Origin: Candidatus Caccalectryoclostridium excrementigallinarum
GTDB taxonomy: Bacteria > Bacillota > Clostridia > Christensenellales > UBA3700
Direction of reading: 5' to 3'
Length of the DNA stretch: 64,000 bases
Assembly (NCBI GenBank): GCA_018714485.1
Contig: DVNJ01000020.1
Coordinates: 2,668 to 66,667 of the forward strand
Position 1 is the first letter of the stretch; each line of letters begins with the position of its first letter. Shown piece after piece: positions 46,577-56,422 of the stretch. Under the pieces are notes generated by a model. That model ran no database searches and had not been told where the DNA came from. It saw only the letters and a program-made list of their open reading frames with translations. Both the position numbers and the translations under genes were made by a program.

Positions 46577-48824
46577 GCTTATAGTAATTTATCAAACTGC
46601 CGCACAATATTATCTGCTTTTCGTCGGCGGTGAGCGGATCGAGCGCGAGCGTTATGTCGCGGCTGCTCTCGCCTCTGACCAGCTTGGCGGCAAATTCTCT
46701 CTCCCCCGCCTCTATGCCCGCGCGCACGCCCGGCACGATGATGATGTCGCCCGCCTCGACGTCCTCGCCCGAGAGGAAGGGGATCATGCCCCAATTTATC
46801 AGGTTGGAGCGATAGCGCTTGGTGGCGTATTCGCGCGCGATGTTGCAAGCTCCGCCCAAAACTCTCTGACAGCTCGCCGCCTGTTCGCGCGCGCTGCCGT
46901 CGCCGGGTTTGAGCGCAAAGACCGCGCTGCCTATCTGCACGCTTCCGCGAAGATCGAGCCCGCTTTTCTCGACCGCCCTTTCGTATTCGCCGAAAAGTCC
47001 CTCTTCGGCGCGTTTTTCCTCGTCCGCGCGTATCGCCTTTGCCCTGCCCACATATTCGGGCACCTTGCGCGAGAGCGCAAATTCGGCAAGCCCGAGCGGA
47101 TTGGAGCGGTAACTCGAAGTCTCGCCCGAGGGGATAAGCTCGTCCGTGGTGGTCACGGGATCGTAAATAGCCGCCGCGACCTTATAGACGGCGTTGTCCG
47201 CCAGCGCGGGCTGCTCGGGCCAATCCTTGATGTTGGGACCGTATTCGAGCGGCGTACCCAGCGGCTTGTCCCAGCCGTTATAGACCCTGCGCTCGTATAT
47301 GCTCCTGTCATATTCGAAGGCGGGAACGGCGTTGTCGTAATCAAAGTCGAGCGCGCTCGTGAGCACGCCGCCGTTTGCCGCCGTCGCGGCTATGCTGCGG
47401 CTGTCCATGAGCGCCACGCCCGCCATCTGTCCCGCGCCCGGCTTGGAGCCTTCGCGCGATTCGAAGTTGCGCGTGGTATGGCGCACGGAAAGCGCGCCGT
47501 TGGCGGGGACGTCGCCCGCGCCGAAACAAGGTCCGCAGAAAGCGGTCTTGACGATCGCGCCCGCGTCCAAAAGCGACGCCAAGGCGCCCTTTTTCATCAA
47601 GTCCATATAGACGGGCGTGGAAGAAGGATAGACGCTCAGCGTGAACTTGCCGCTGCCGATGTCTCTGCCCTTCAAGATGGACGCCGCCTCGATGATGTTG
47701 TCGTAAGTGCCGCCCGCGCAGCCCGCGATTATGCCCTGCTCCACATATATCTTTCCCTCTTTGACCTTTGAGCGCAGATCGAGCCTGCCCTTGCCCTTCA
47801 AAAGTTCGTTCGCCTTTTTCTCCGCCTCGCTCATGACGTCGTCGGGATTTTCGATCACCTCTTTGAGGTCGTAGACGTTGGCGGGGTGGAAAGGCATGGC
47901 GATCGCGGGGCGCACCTTGCCCAGATCTATCTCCACGACCGCGTCGTAATAGGCGAGCGCCTCGGGAGCGAGAGGACGATATTCGTCCAACCTGCCGCGC
48001 ACGGCGTAATAATTCTTCACTTCCTCGTCGTCCGTGCGCCAGATGCTGGAAAGGCAGGTGGTCTCGGTGGTCATGACGTCGATGCCGTTGCGGTATTCCA
48101 CGGGCAGCGCCCTCACGCCCTCGCCGATAAATTCGAGCACCTTGTTCTTGACCAAGCCGCCGGGGAAGACTTTCCCGATGAGCGAGAGCGCCACGTCCTG
48201 AGGACCCACGCCCTTTTTCGGCTTTCCTTTCAAAACGACCGCCACCACTTCGGGATAGGCGATGTCGTAAGTGCGCCCCAAGAGCTGCTTGACAAGTTCC
48301 GGACCGCCCTCGCCCACCGCCATGGTGCCCAAGGCGCCGTAACGGGTATGCGAATCGCTGCCGAGGATCATCTTGCCGCAGCCGCTCATCTCTTCGCGCA
48401 TATAGGTATGGATCACCGCCTGATGCGGGGGCACGAAAATGCCGCCGTACCTCTTCGCCGCGGAGAGTCCGAAGACGTGGTCGTCCTCGTTGATCGTTCC
48501 GCCCACCGCGCAGAGCGAGTTATGGCAGTTGGTGAGAACGTAAGGCAAGGGAAATCTTTCAAGTCCGCTCGCCTTGGCGTTTTGGATTATGCCCACATAA
48601 GTTATGTCGTGCGACGCCATGGCGTCGAATTTTATCTTCAACGGCAGCCCCCTTCCCGTCTTTGCGAGCGTGTTGTGCGCGCTGAGGATAGCGTACGCCA
48701 TCGTGCCCTTATAGGCTTCGTCGAGCGCCTTTTGCGCTATCCCCGCCTGCGCGAGTTGCTTTTCCTGTTTGATCTCTCCGTCGAGCACGAACGCCCCGCC
48801 GAAGACCTTTACCGCATCTGTCAT
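46569..48824 (-). CDS. Aconitase-family hydratase
   Basis: Aconitase Fe-S ligand regions (GSDSHT, CGPCFG) and a swivel domain are present. The protein is 751 aa. Confidence 0.85.
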   Translation of the reverse strand: MTDAVKVFGGAFVLDGEIKQEKQLAQAGIAQKALDEAYKGTMAYAILSAHNTLAKTGRGLPLKIKFDAMASHDITYVGIIQNAKASGLERFPLPYVLTNCHNSLCAVGGTINEDDHVFGLSAAKRYGGIFVPPHQAVIHTYMREEMSGCGKMILGSDSHTRYGALGTMAVGEGGPELVKQLLGRTYDIAYPEVVAVVLKGKPKKGVGPQDVALSLIGKVFPGGLVKNKVLEFIGEGVRALPVEYRNGIDVMTTETTCLSSIWRTDDEEVKNYYAVRGRLDEYRPLAPEALAYYDAVVEIDLGKVRPAIAMPFHPANVYDLKEVIENPDDVMSEAEKKANELLKGKGRLDLRSKVKEGKIYVEQGIIAGCAGGTYDNIIEAASILKGRDIGSGKFTLSVYPSSTPVYMDLMKKGALASLLDAGAIVKTAFCGPCFGAGDVPANGALSVRHTTRNFESREGSKPGAGQMAGVALMDSRSIAATAANGGVLTSALDFDYDNAVPAFEYDRSIYERRVYNGWDKPLGTPLEYGPNIKDWPEQPALADNAVYKVAAAIYDPVTTTDELIPSGETSSYRSNPLGLAEFALSRKVPEYVGRAKAIRADEEKRAEEGLFGEYERAVEKSGLDLRGSVQIGSAVFALKPGDGSAREQAASCQRVLGGACNIAREYATKRYRSNLINWGMIPFLSGEDVEAGDIIIVPGVRAGIEAGEREFAAKLVRGESSRDITLALDPLTADEKQIILCGSLINYYKRG

Positions 48825-48910
48825 CTTGTCCTCCGTTTTCTCTGTCCGCCGAAGCGGACGCTGAATACGCCTTTATTGTAATATAAACCGCGCGTCGCGC
48901 GCAACCGCCT

Positions 48911-49084
48911 TCACCAATCTTCCTTGTGGCTTATCTTGATGTCGGTGTAAAACTCCTTGTATTTGCGCTTGAACGCCTCGGCGCTCGATTCGAACTTCTG
49001 CGCGTCCTCGAGATCGCCCTCGAAGATCTCTTCGCAGTCCTCGTCGTAACGCTCGGCAAGGCGCGACCTTTCTAAATTGTTCAT
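48911..49084 (-). CDS. Candidate 57-aa acidic protein, translationally coupled to hprK
   Basis: This ORF is not in the supplied track. Its ATG overlaps the hprK TGA (ATGA). It reads MNNLERSRLAERYDEDCEEIFEGDLEDAQKFESSAEAFKRKYKEFYTDIKISHKEDW. Confidence 0.5.
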   Translation of the reverse strand: MNNLERSRLAERYDEDCEEIFEGDLEDAQKFESSAEAFKRKYKEFYTDIKISHKEDW

Positions 49085-50001
49085 CACTTTCCCTCCAACA
49101 TGGATCTGAGCGCGTCGAAGCCCATGCTTTGCAAGCGGAAATTACGCGCCGCGACCTCGGCGACGATGGCGAGGTTCCTGCCCGGCATGACGGGAAGCGT
49201 GAGCTTGGGTACGCGCACGCCGAGTATCTCGCGGCACATTCCGCTCTCGCCCAACCTGTCGAGCTGCATATTCTCTTCCCACTTGATCAGATCGAGGACG
49301 AGGTCGATATGCTCGCTGTTCAAAATGGCGCCCACGCCGTACATTCTGCGCACGTCGATTATGCCTATGCCGCGCACTTCCATATAAAATTTCGTGCGCT
49401 CGGGCGCCTTACCGATGAGCTTGTCGCCCACGCGCTTGACCAAGACCGCGTCGTCCGCGACCAACCTGTGCCCGCGGTTGATGAGTTCGAGCGCGGTCTC
49501 GCTCTTGCCCATGCCGCTGCCGCCTGTGATGAGCACGCCCAGTCCCGTTATCTCCATCAGCGTCCCGTGAACGCTCTCTTCGGGCGCGAGCAGCTCGGAG
49601 AGAAAGTTGGAAAGCGCCACGCTCATGACCGTGGTCACGCTCTGCGCCGAGAAAAGGGGGACGCCGTAACGCTCCGCCTCTTCGGTGAACATGGTGTCGG
49701 GCAAAATGCCGCGCGCGAAGATCACACAGGGGACATGGCGGGAAAGCAGTCTTTTCACCGCTTCGCGCCTCTCTTCTTCGCCGAGCGATCGCAAATAATA
49801 ATTTTCCGCATTGCCGATGAGCTGAACTCTGCCCGCGCCGAAATAGGCGTCGAAACCGGCAAACATAAGTCCGGGACGGTTGACCATCATCGAGGAAAAA
49901 GTTATATACTGCAAGTCGCTGCCGCCGATGACTTCAAGGTCGCACGCCTTGCAAAAATCCTTTATCCTCATGCTCTTGGGATCCACGCTCTGCTTGTTCA
50001 T
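49084..50001 (-). CDS. hprK: HPr kinase/phosphorylase
   Basis: The P-loop GGSGMGKSE is present. I trimmed the start to the ATG at 50001, which follows GAGGTG. Confidence 0.93.
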   Translation of the reverse strand: MNKQSVDPKSMRIKDFCKACDLEVIGGSDLQYITFSSMMVNRPGLMFAGFDAYFGAGRVQLIGNAENYYLRSLGEEERREAVKRLLSRHVPCVIFARGILPDTMFTEEAERYGVPLFSAQSVTTVMSVALSNFLSELLAPEESVHGTLMEITGLGVLITGGSGMGKSETALELINRGHRLVADDAVLVKRVGDKLIGKAPERTKFYMEVRGIGIIDVRRMYGVGAILNSEHIDLVLDLIKWEENMQLDRLGESGMCREILGVRVPKLTLPVMPGRNLAIVAEVAARNFRLQSMGFDALRSMLEGK

Positions 50002-50003
50002 AT

Positions 50004-50816
50004 TCACCTCATCGCATAATTTTCTATCACCCACGCCGCAAAGTCCTCGTCGTTGCTCACTCCGACGAGATCGGCTTTTTCCTTGAGGGCGGGCATGGCG
50101 TTGCCGGCGGCGACCGCCAGCCCCGCGCAGGGGAACATGGACGCATCGTTCTCCGAATCGCCCATGCAGATGACTTCGCTCCTGTCAAGTCCGAACTCGG
50201 CGCAAAGCCTCTTGACCGCCGCGCCCTTGTTTATCCCCTCGGGCAATATCTCCACGACGCTCTTATGCGAGCGCACGAAGGTCATCTCCCCGCCCGCGAG
50301 CTTTCTGCCGTAAGTCAAAAATTCTTCCGTGCGCTCGGGCATCATCAGCGAGAGCACCTTGACCGGCTTTATGCCGTTTTGCTCTATGTAATCGGAAAGG
50401 GGCATTTGCGCGGGATAAGAGGGAACGCCGCAGATGTCGCAAAAGACGTCCACATATTCGCTCTCGCGCGCGCAATGACACTTGTCGTCGAAATAGGCGA
50501 GGTTCTCGCAAAAATCGAGTTTTTCCAGCCCGCGCAGCAGCTTTACCGCGCTTTTCGTCTCGATCGTGTTGAGATAGCAGGGCTTTTGACTGTCGATGTC
50601 GAAGATGCCGCCGCCCTGATAGACTATCATCTTCCCGTGCAGCCCGAGTTCGAGCGCGCGCGGATAAGCCGCGGAAAAAAGCCTGCCCGTGGCGAGCACG
50701 AACCTGCCGCCCGCGGCGACATACTTCCCGATCGCCCGCTTGACCTTTTCCGAGACCGTGTTGTCCGAGCGGCTGATCGTGCCGTCGAAATCGCTGAATA
50801 TCGCTTTATATTTCAT
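50004..50816 (-). CDS. Cof-type HAD-IIB phosphatase
   Basis: The protein has the DFDGT motif, a cap domain and a GDSEND motif. Confidence 0.88.
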   Translation of the reverse strand: MKYKAIFSDFDGTISRSDNTVSEKVKRAIGKYVAAGGRFVLATGRLFSAAYPRALELGLHGKMIVYQGGGIFDIDSQKPCYLNTIETKSAVKLLRGLEKLDFCENLAYFDDKCHCARESEYVDVFCDICGVPSYPAQMPLSDYIEQNGIKPVKVLSLMMPERTEEFLTYGRKLAGGEMTFVRSHKSVVEILPEGINKGAAVKRLCAEFGLDRSEVICMGDSENDASMFPCAGLAVAAGNAMPALKEKADLVGVSNDEDFAAWVIENYAMR

Positions 50817-50864
50817 ACTAAGATAATACGCGTATGCGCGCGAAAAGTCAAGAAAACGGCGGCA

Positions 50865-52688
50865 CTATTCGCCGTCGGCATAAAAAGCATAGACGTTTTC
50901 CGCCGCCCGCCTGTTGACCACTTGCGCAAGTTCGGGGACTGTCGCCTGCTTGATCGCGGCGATGCTCCCGAAGGCTTTGAGCAATTTTTTCGCGCCCACG
51001 GCGCCCACTCCGGGAACGTCTTCGAGCGAAGAGCGGCGCATGCGCTTGCCGCGCGTGCCGCGGTGGAAGGTGATGGCGAAGCGGTGCGCCTCGTCGCGTA
51101 TGCGCTGCAAGAGTTTGAGCGCGTAAGAATCGCGCGGCAGCACGATCGGCTCGCTCTTATGCGGCGTGAAGACTTCCTCTTCCCGCTTCGCCAGCGAGAT
51201 GAAACTTATCTTTTCGCTCGCCTCCCCCACCGCTTCGAGTACGGAGGAGAGCTGTCCCTTGCCGCCGTCGATGACGATGAGGTCGGGCACGGAGGCAAAG
51301 CTCACGTCCGTCTCCTCTCCGTTCAGGTGCGCGAGGCGGCGGGTGAGCGCTTCTTGCAGGCTGGCGAAGTCGTTGTTCCCCTCGACCTCCCTTATATGGA
51401 ACTTGCGGTAATGCCCGCGCGCGGGTTCGCCGTTGAGAAAGACGACCATGGACGCGACCTTGTCCGTCCCCGAAACATGCGAGATGTCGTAGCATTCCAT
51501 GCGCGCGGGTATGCGCGGCAAATGCAGCATCTCCCCCAGCTGCATCATCGCGCCCACGGTCATATTGTCATGCCGCTCGCGCACGGAGAGCGATTTTTCC
51601 AAAAAATCCTTGGCGTTCGACTCCGCCATGTCCGCCAGCTGACGCCTCACTCCCTGATGCGGACAGACGACGCTTACTTTCTTTCCCTTTATCCCGCTCA
51701 GATATTGCGCCATGGCGTCCTCATCGTCGAGCGGGACGCTCGTGACCACTTCGTCCGCGACATAGCCCACCGCGGAGACATAACTCGAAATATAGGAAGA
51801 AAGCGCGCTCTTTTCGTCGAGCGAGACATCCTCGATCACCTGCTTGTCGCCGCCGAGCAGCTTCCCGCCGCGCACGAACAGCACCGCCGCGACCGTGTTC
51901 AGCCCGCTCGACGCCACGGCGAACACGTCGATGTTCAGGTCCTTGGGCAGCGCCGTCACCTGCCTGCGCACGAGCTTGTCGAGCACTTCGAGCTTTTGCT
52001 TGTAATAAAGCGCCTGCTCATAATCCTCGCGCTCGGCAGCCGCCGTCATGCGCGCTTTGAGCATCTCTTCCACTCCCCTGTCGTTGCCGCCGAGAAAGGC
52101 GATCACTCCGTCCACCTGCTTTCTGTATTCCTCGCGGCTCACCTCGCCCGTGCAGGGCGCGAGGCATCTGCCGATATGGCGGTTGAGGCAGGGGCGGTGC
52201 GAGGGCGGGACCTTGTCCATATTGAGCGAGCAGGTACGCAGCGAAAACGCGGAATGGATGAGATCGGTGATGTCGCGGCAGGAGATCCCCTGCATATAGG
52301 GACCGAAATATTTCGCCCCGTCCGCTTTCAGCCTGCGCACCACTTCCACGCGCGGAAAATCCGCCTTGACGTCTATTCTGATAAAGGGATAACTCTTGTC
52401 GTCTTTGAGCAGGATATTATAGGGCGGCTTGTGCTTTTTGATGAGATTGTTTTCAAGGACGAGCGCTTCCACTTCGTTGCGCGTGATGATGTAATCGAAA
52501 GTGTGTATCTTGGCGACCATGCGCGCGACCTTTTCCGTCTTGACGCCCGCGTTGAAATATTGGCTCACCCTGTTTTTCAGCACCTTGGCTTTGCCGATAT
52601 AGAGTATCTGTCCCGACTCGGAATACATGATGTAAACTCCGCTCTTTTCGGGCAGATCTTTTATCTTTTGCCGCAAAATATCGTTCAT
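50865..52688 (-). CDS. uvrC: Excinuclease ABC subunit C
   Basis: The protein has a GIY-YIG domain (GVYIMY...YIGKA), a UVR domain and a C-terminal HhH domain. Confidence 0.96.
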   Translation of the reverse strand: MNDILRQKIKDLPEKSGVYIMYSESGQILYIGKAKVLKNRVSQYFNAGVKTEKVARMVAKIHTFDYIITRNEVEALVLENNLIKKHKPPYNILLKDDKSYPFIRIDVKADFPRVEVVRRLKADGAKYFGPYMQGISCRDITDLIHSAFSLRTCSLNMDKVPPSHRPCLNRHIGRCLAPCTGEVSREEYRKQVDGVIAFLGGNDRGVEEMLKARMTAAAEREDYEQALYYKQKLEVLDKLVRRQVTALPKDLNIDVFAVASSGLNTVAAVLFVRGGKLLGGDKQVIEDVSLDEKSALSSYISSYVSAVGYVADEVVTSVPLDDEDAMAQYLSGIKGKKVSVVCPHQGVRRQLADMAESNAKDFLEKSLSVRERHDNMTVGAMMQLGEMLHLPRIPARMECYDISHVSGTDKVASMVVFLNGEPARGHYRKFHIREVEGNNDFASLQEALTRRLAHLNGEETDVSFASVPDLIVIDGGKGQLSSVLEAVGEASEKISFISLAKREEEVFTPHKSEPIVLPRDSYALKLLQRIRDEAHRFAITFHRGTRGKRMRRSSLEDVPGVGAVGAKKLLKAFGSIAAIKQATVPELAQVVNRRAAENVYAFYADGE

Positions 52689-52722
52689 GCTTTTATTTTA
52701 TCACGCGCGCGACTTTCACGCA

Positions 52723-52746
52723 AGAAAAATAACGCCCCGCGGGGCG
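52723..52746 (-). terminator. Intrinsic terminator after the ArsR-family gene
   Basis: On the minus strand, CGCCCC-GC-GGGGCG is followed by TTATTTTT. Confidence 0.6.
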
Positions 52747-52762
52747 GGCAAACGGCAAAAGC

Positions 52763-53119
52763 TCACGCCCTGCGCGCCAGCCTGTTCGCGCCGATGTCGA
52801 GCGCCGCCTCCACGGCGGGATCGGAGAGCGAATAATAGACCACTTTGCCCCGCCGTCTCACGTTCACCATGCCCTTGTCGCGCAGCAATTTCAGCTGATG
52901 GGAGATCGTCGAGGGGTGCATGCCCACGGCGCAGGCGAGATCGCCCACGCACATATCCCCCGTGGCAAGCGCGGAGAAGATCTTCACGCGGGTGGGATCG
53001 GCGCAGACGGAGAAAAAGTCCGCCAAGGCGTAAGCCTCCCCGTCCGTGGGCATATAGCGGCGCAGCAGATCTTCGCGGAAGGCGTCCATGTATAAACAGT
53101 CGTCGAACTTCATAGTCAT
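52763..53119 (-). CDS. ArsR/SmtB-family transcriptional regulator
   Basis: The wHTH reads CVGDLACAVGMHPSTISHQLKLLRDKGMV. The start is uncertain: ATG at 53119 or 53113. A TATAAT box abuts the ATGs, so the mRNA may be leaderless. Confidence 0.85.
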   Translation of the reverse strand: MTMKFDDCLYMDAFREDLLRRYMPTDGEAYALADFFSVCADPTRVKIFSALATGDMCVGDLACAVGMHPSTISHQLKLLRDKGMVNVRRRGKVVYYSLSDPAVEAALDIGANRLARRA

Positions 53120-53196
53120 ATTATAAAGCGGTAACGCGCGCGGCGCAGGGCGCATATCGTATTAAAAGGGAACTTTTCGCCGAAAAAGGGGGGATC

Positions 53197-53376
53197 ATGA
53201 ACAATTCTTTATATGCAATACTGCTTTTGATGGCGCTGGGGACGGGGACCTGCACGGGAGAGAACTGTCCGCCGCCCAACTCATGCGATCCGCTCAGCCT
53301 CGCGCTTTGCTGCATGATGTTCTCCTCGTGCGTGGGCAGCAGGTTCACGCCGCTCTCCTTCACCTGCGCGCAGTGA
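53197..53376 (+). CDS. Candidate 59-aa Cys-rich small protein
   Basis: This ORF is not in the supplied track. An AAAAGGGGGG purine tract lies just upstream of the ATG. The sequence is MNNSLYAILLLMALGTGTCTGENCPPPNSCDPLSLALCCMMFSSCVGSRFTPLSFTCAQ. It is divergent from the ArsR gene. Confidence 0.4.
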   Translation: MNNSLYAILLLMALGTGTCTGENCPPPNSCDPLSLALCCMMFSSCVGSRFTPLSFTCAQ

Positions 53377-53386
53377 GCGGCTAAGC

Positions 53387-53941
53387 TTATTTTTTCACTA
53401 TCTTGTTCACCAAAATGCACTCGTTTTTGAACACCCAGCGCATGAAGGGATCGTAGAGGCAGAAAACGGCGAAGCATATGCCCCAGATGGCATAGAAGGT
53501 GAGATCGTATTTTTCGCCGAAGATGTTGATCGTGTTGACGAAAAGAAGGTTCATCGCCTGCCAGCAGCCCCAGAACATGAGCGCGTAATAGCCTATCTTG
53601 ACAAGGGCGATGAAGATTATTTTGAACGCCTTGGGCAGCTTTTCTATCTTATAGAATTTGAAGTCGAGCGCCCAGGAGAGCACGGCGTAAGAGCCGAAGA
53701 GCATGACAAAGGGCAACGCTTGGATATTGACTATCAAAAATGAGACTATCGAGGTGACGACAAACGCCATCAGCGAGCCTTTCCAAAGCCCCTTTGTGAG
53801 CGGTAATTGTATTGCTAAGGCGGCTATCACGTTGAACGCGATGGTCAGCGCGTCCACATAAGCCTGCGCCACGACGGCGAGTATCGCTATGGCGGCGGCG
53901 ACGGCGGAAAGCGCTATTTCATAAGAATAACGCTTTTTCAT
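53387..53941 (-). CDS. Hypothetical polytopic membrane protein
   Basis: The ORF is 184 aa with about 5 TM segments. It is the last gene of the trpS-proximal cluster. Confidence 0.75.
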   Translation of the reverse strand: MKKRYSYEIALSAVAAAIAILAVVAQAYVDALTIAFNVIAALAIQLPLTKGLWKGSLMAFVVTSIVSFLIVNIQALPFVMLFGSYAVLSWALDFKFYKIEKLPKAFKIIFIALVKIGYYALMFWGCWQAMNLLFVNTINIFGEKYDLTFYAIWGICFAVFCLYDPFMRWVFKNECILVNKIVKK

Positions 53942-53944
53942 CGC

Positions 53945-54574
53945 TCAGCAGCAGGGAATGAGATCGCCTCCGCAGCATTCGCAGAGACAGTCGCAGCAGA
54001 TAAGCGTGCTGCAAGTGTTGCAGCAGGCGCTTGCCGTGGCGGCGTTGCCCGCCGCCTGCGCGTCGGGACGGGAATATCCTCCGCGCATATCGCCCGCGCC
54101 CTGCGCCGCGCCCGCGGCGTTGTTGATTGAGGCGGTGAGCCTGTCGAGCGTCTTTTGATATTTGGGGTTGGAAGGATCGAGCGCGACGGCGAGTTCGAGC
54201 TGCTTTTTGCTCTCGATATGCCAATTACGCTTGTAATAGATGACCGCCTGCATATAGTGCCATTCCGCGTCGCGCGGCTCGATGGAATCCAGCTGCTTTT
54301 GCGCCTCGTTGATCTTGCCCTCTTTGATGAGCTGCTCGACCATGCCGTAAGTTCCGCCGTAATTGTCGTAAGTCACGCGCTTGTTGAGGTCTTCCACGCA
54401 GTCGCTGTAAGCCCGTTCGAGTTCGGCGAGCTTTTTGGACGCTTCCATGCCCACCTCGCCCTCTTCGAACAGCTTGGCTTCATATTGCTGCTTGAGGTCG
54501 TAATAGGCGTTGTCTATCTGTTCCTGAGTGGCGTCATCTTTCAATCCCAGAACCGAATAAGGACTTTTTTGCAA
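53945..54574 (-). CDS. J-like domain/TPR protein lacking HPD, with a poly-Cys C-terminal tail
   Basis: The N-terminus SPYSVLGLKDDATQEQIDNAY is J-domain-like, but EAK replaces HPD. A TPR-like segment follows. The tail is ACCNTCSTLICCDCLCECCGGDLIPCC. Confidence 0.8.
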   Translation of the reverse strand: MQKSPYSVLGLKDDATQEQIDNAYYDLKQQYEAKLFEEGEVGMEASKKLAELERAYSDCVEDLNKRVTYDNYGGTYGMVEQLIKEGKINEAQKQLDSIEPRDAEWHYMQAVIYYKRNWHIESKKQLELAVALDPSNPKYQKTLDRLTASINNAAGAAQGAGDMRGGYSRPDAQAAGNAATASACCNTCSTLICCDCLCECCGGDLIPCC

Positions 54575-55424
54575 TCTTGTTTCCTCCGATCGTCGTTTTT
54601 GCGGCTGCGGGCAGCCCGTACCATATTATATTCGTGAGCACGCCTTCGTATAAGGGAGTGCTTATCCCGTCGAACGCCTTCATGATGGCGCCCTGGCAGG
54701 AGTTGAAGATAAGATCGAGCTCTTCTCTGTTCTCCTCGACGAACGTCTTGCGATCCTTGAACTTCCTTCCCGCCAAAAAGGGATTGTATGCGCCCTTTTT
54801 CGCGTCCTTTTCCAAGTCGTCCACCGCGTCGATGAGATAGATCCATCTTCCCAAGTGATAGAAAAGCTCTCCTATCTCGTTGCCGTATTTCTCCGCGAAG
54901 ATCTCGCGGCTCATGTCTTGCATTATGCAGGCGAAGGGGTCCGCCGCCATGTCCGTGCTCGTGCAGCCGCTCTTTTCCAGCTCTCTCAGCCGCGCGTAAT
55001 TTCTCGCGCAGCTCGCGTCGCTTTCGGGCAGGTTTTTCTTCGCCTTCTTATAGTGTCTGCGCAAAAGCACCTTGTCGAGAAAGCCTCTCCCCGCGCCGCT
55101 TTTGTCGATGACGTCGTCCTCGAGCTTATAGTGCATGAGGATATTGTTGGCGTCGATGCACCTGTCCGTCAGCTCGTCGCGCAGGGCGATCGTCTTTTTG
55201 CGCAGCGGATTGAGCACGCACACCTGATCGTCCAACTTCTTTTCCCTGCCATAGACGCTGTGAAGGAGTATGTCGAGAAAAGTGATGTCGTAGTTGGTGG
55301 TGAAGCGCATGAGCTGGGAGCACTTTTTGCCCACGCTCTTGCAGTAGCCGCAGTAAAACGCACGGTAAAGCGCGAAGTCCTTGACGAACATATCCGGCTT
55401 ATCGATGACGACGTATCCGTACAT
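54534..55424 (-). CDS. DUF5685-like protein
   Basis: I trimmed the start to the ATG at 55424 (MYGYVVIDKPD...), which overlaps the trpS stop. The FYCGYCKSVGKKC motif is recalled from DUF5685 proteins. Confidence 0.7.
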   Translation of the reverse strand: MYGYVVIDKPDMFVKDFALYRAFYCGYCKSVGKKCSQLMRFTTNYDITFLDILLHSVYGREKKLDDQVCVLNPLRKKTIALRDELTDRCIDANNILMHYKLEDDVIDKSGAGRGFLDKVLLRRHYKKAKKNLPESDASCARNYARLRELEKSGCTSTDMAADPFACIMQDMSREIFAEKYGNEIGELFYHLGRWIYLIDAVDDLEKDAKKGAYNPFLAGRKFKDRKTFVEENREELDLIFNSCQGAIMKAFDGISTPLYEGVLTNIIWYGLPAAAKTTIGGNKIAKKSLFGSGIER

Positions 55425-56422
55425 CAGCCCTGCAACAGCCCCACTGCGGCGCCCGCTCTTTTCAGCGTCTTTTCGGCGATCGCGGCGGCTTTTTCCGCGC
55501 CCTCTCTCGCCACTTCGAGCAAGTATCCCTCGTCCTTTATCAGCGCTTCGTATCTCTCGCGCACGGGACGCAGCATCGCCGAGACCGCCTCGGCGGCGCG
55601 CAGCTTGAGATGCCCGTACATCAGCCCTTCGCATTCGCCCGCTTCCTGCTCGGGTATCGTCCCCTTCGCCGCCGCCAGAATGGCGAGCAGATTGGAAACG
55701 CCCGGCTTTTTCTCGGGATCGTAGGCGATCACCGACTCGCTGTCGGTCACCGCTCTTTTGAACTTTTTGACAATGTCCGCCTCGCTGTCGAGTACGTTTA
55801 TCCTGCCCATGGGATTGGGATCGGACTTGCTCATCTTGGCGGTGGGATCGGTCAGGCTCATTATCTTCGCCCCCGCCCTGCCCAAGAGCGCTTCGGGGAC
55901 CTTGAAGGTCTCGCCGTAGATATTGTTGAAGCGTATGGCAATGTCGCGCGCGATCTCGAGGTGCTGGACCTGATCCACGCCCACGGGCACGAGATCGGTG
56001 TCGTAAAGCAGTATGTCCGCCGCCATGAGCACGGGATAATCCATGAGGCCCATATTCACATTGTCCGCATGTTTTGCCGATTTATCCTTGAACTGCGTCA
56101 TGCGCGACATCTCGCCCACATAGGTATAGCAGTTGAGTATCCACGCAAGCTGCGTATGGGCGGGAACGTGCGACTGCACATAGATGATATTTCTTTTTTC
56201 GTCAAGACCGAACGCCAAAAACTGCGCCAAAAGCGAAAGCGTATTCTCCCTCACTTCGCGCGCCTCGCGCCTGATCGTGAGCGAATGCAAGTCCGCGACC
56301 GCGAATATGCGCTCCTTGCTCTCGTCTTGCTGCAATTTCAGCCAGTTGTTCACCGCCCCGAGATAGTTGCCCAAAGTGAGCTGCGAGGTAGGTTGAACGG
56401 CGCTGTAAACCACTTTTTTCAT
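55424..56422 (-). CDS. trpS: Tryptophan--tRNA ligase
   Basis: The class I motifs (P)TSQLTLGNYLGA and KMSKS are present. I trimmed the start to the ATG at 56422 (MKKVVYS), which follows GGCGGAGAAGAG. Confidence 0.95.
   Translation of the reverse strand: MKKVVYSAVQPTSQLTLGNYLGAVNNWLKLQQDESKERIFAVADLHSLTIRREAREVRENTLSLLAQFLAFGLDEKRNIIYVQSHVPAHTQLAWILNCYTYVGEMSRMTQFKDKSAKHADNVNMGLMDYPVLMAADILLYDTDLVPVGVDQVQHLEIARDIAIRFNNIYGETFKVPEALLGRAGAKIMSLTDPTAKMSKSDPNPMGRINVLDSEADIVKKFKRAVTDSESVIAYDPEKKPGVSNLLAILAAAKGTIPEQEAGECEGLMYGHLKLRAAEAVSAMLRPVRERYEALIKDEGYLLEVAREGAEKAAAIAEKTLKRAGAAVGLLQG

Noticed and set aside
53121-53477. The 118-aa minus-strand ORF between the ArsR gene and the membrane protein gene.
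   Set aside because: It overlaps the coding ends of both neighbours, has no RBS and has a low-complexity sequence. The plus-strand 59-aa ORF is the better, though still tentative, candidate.
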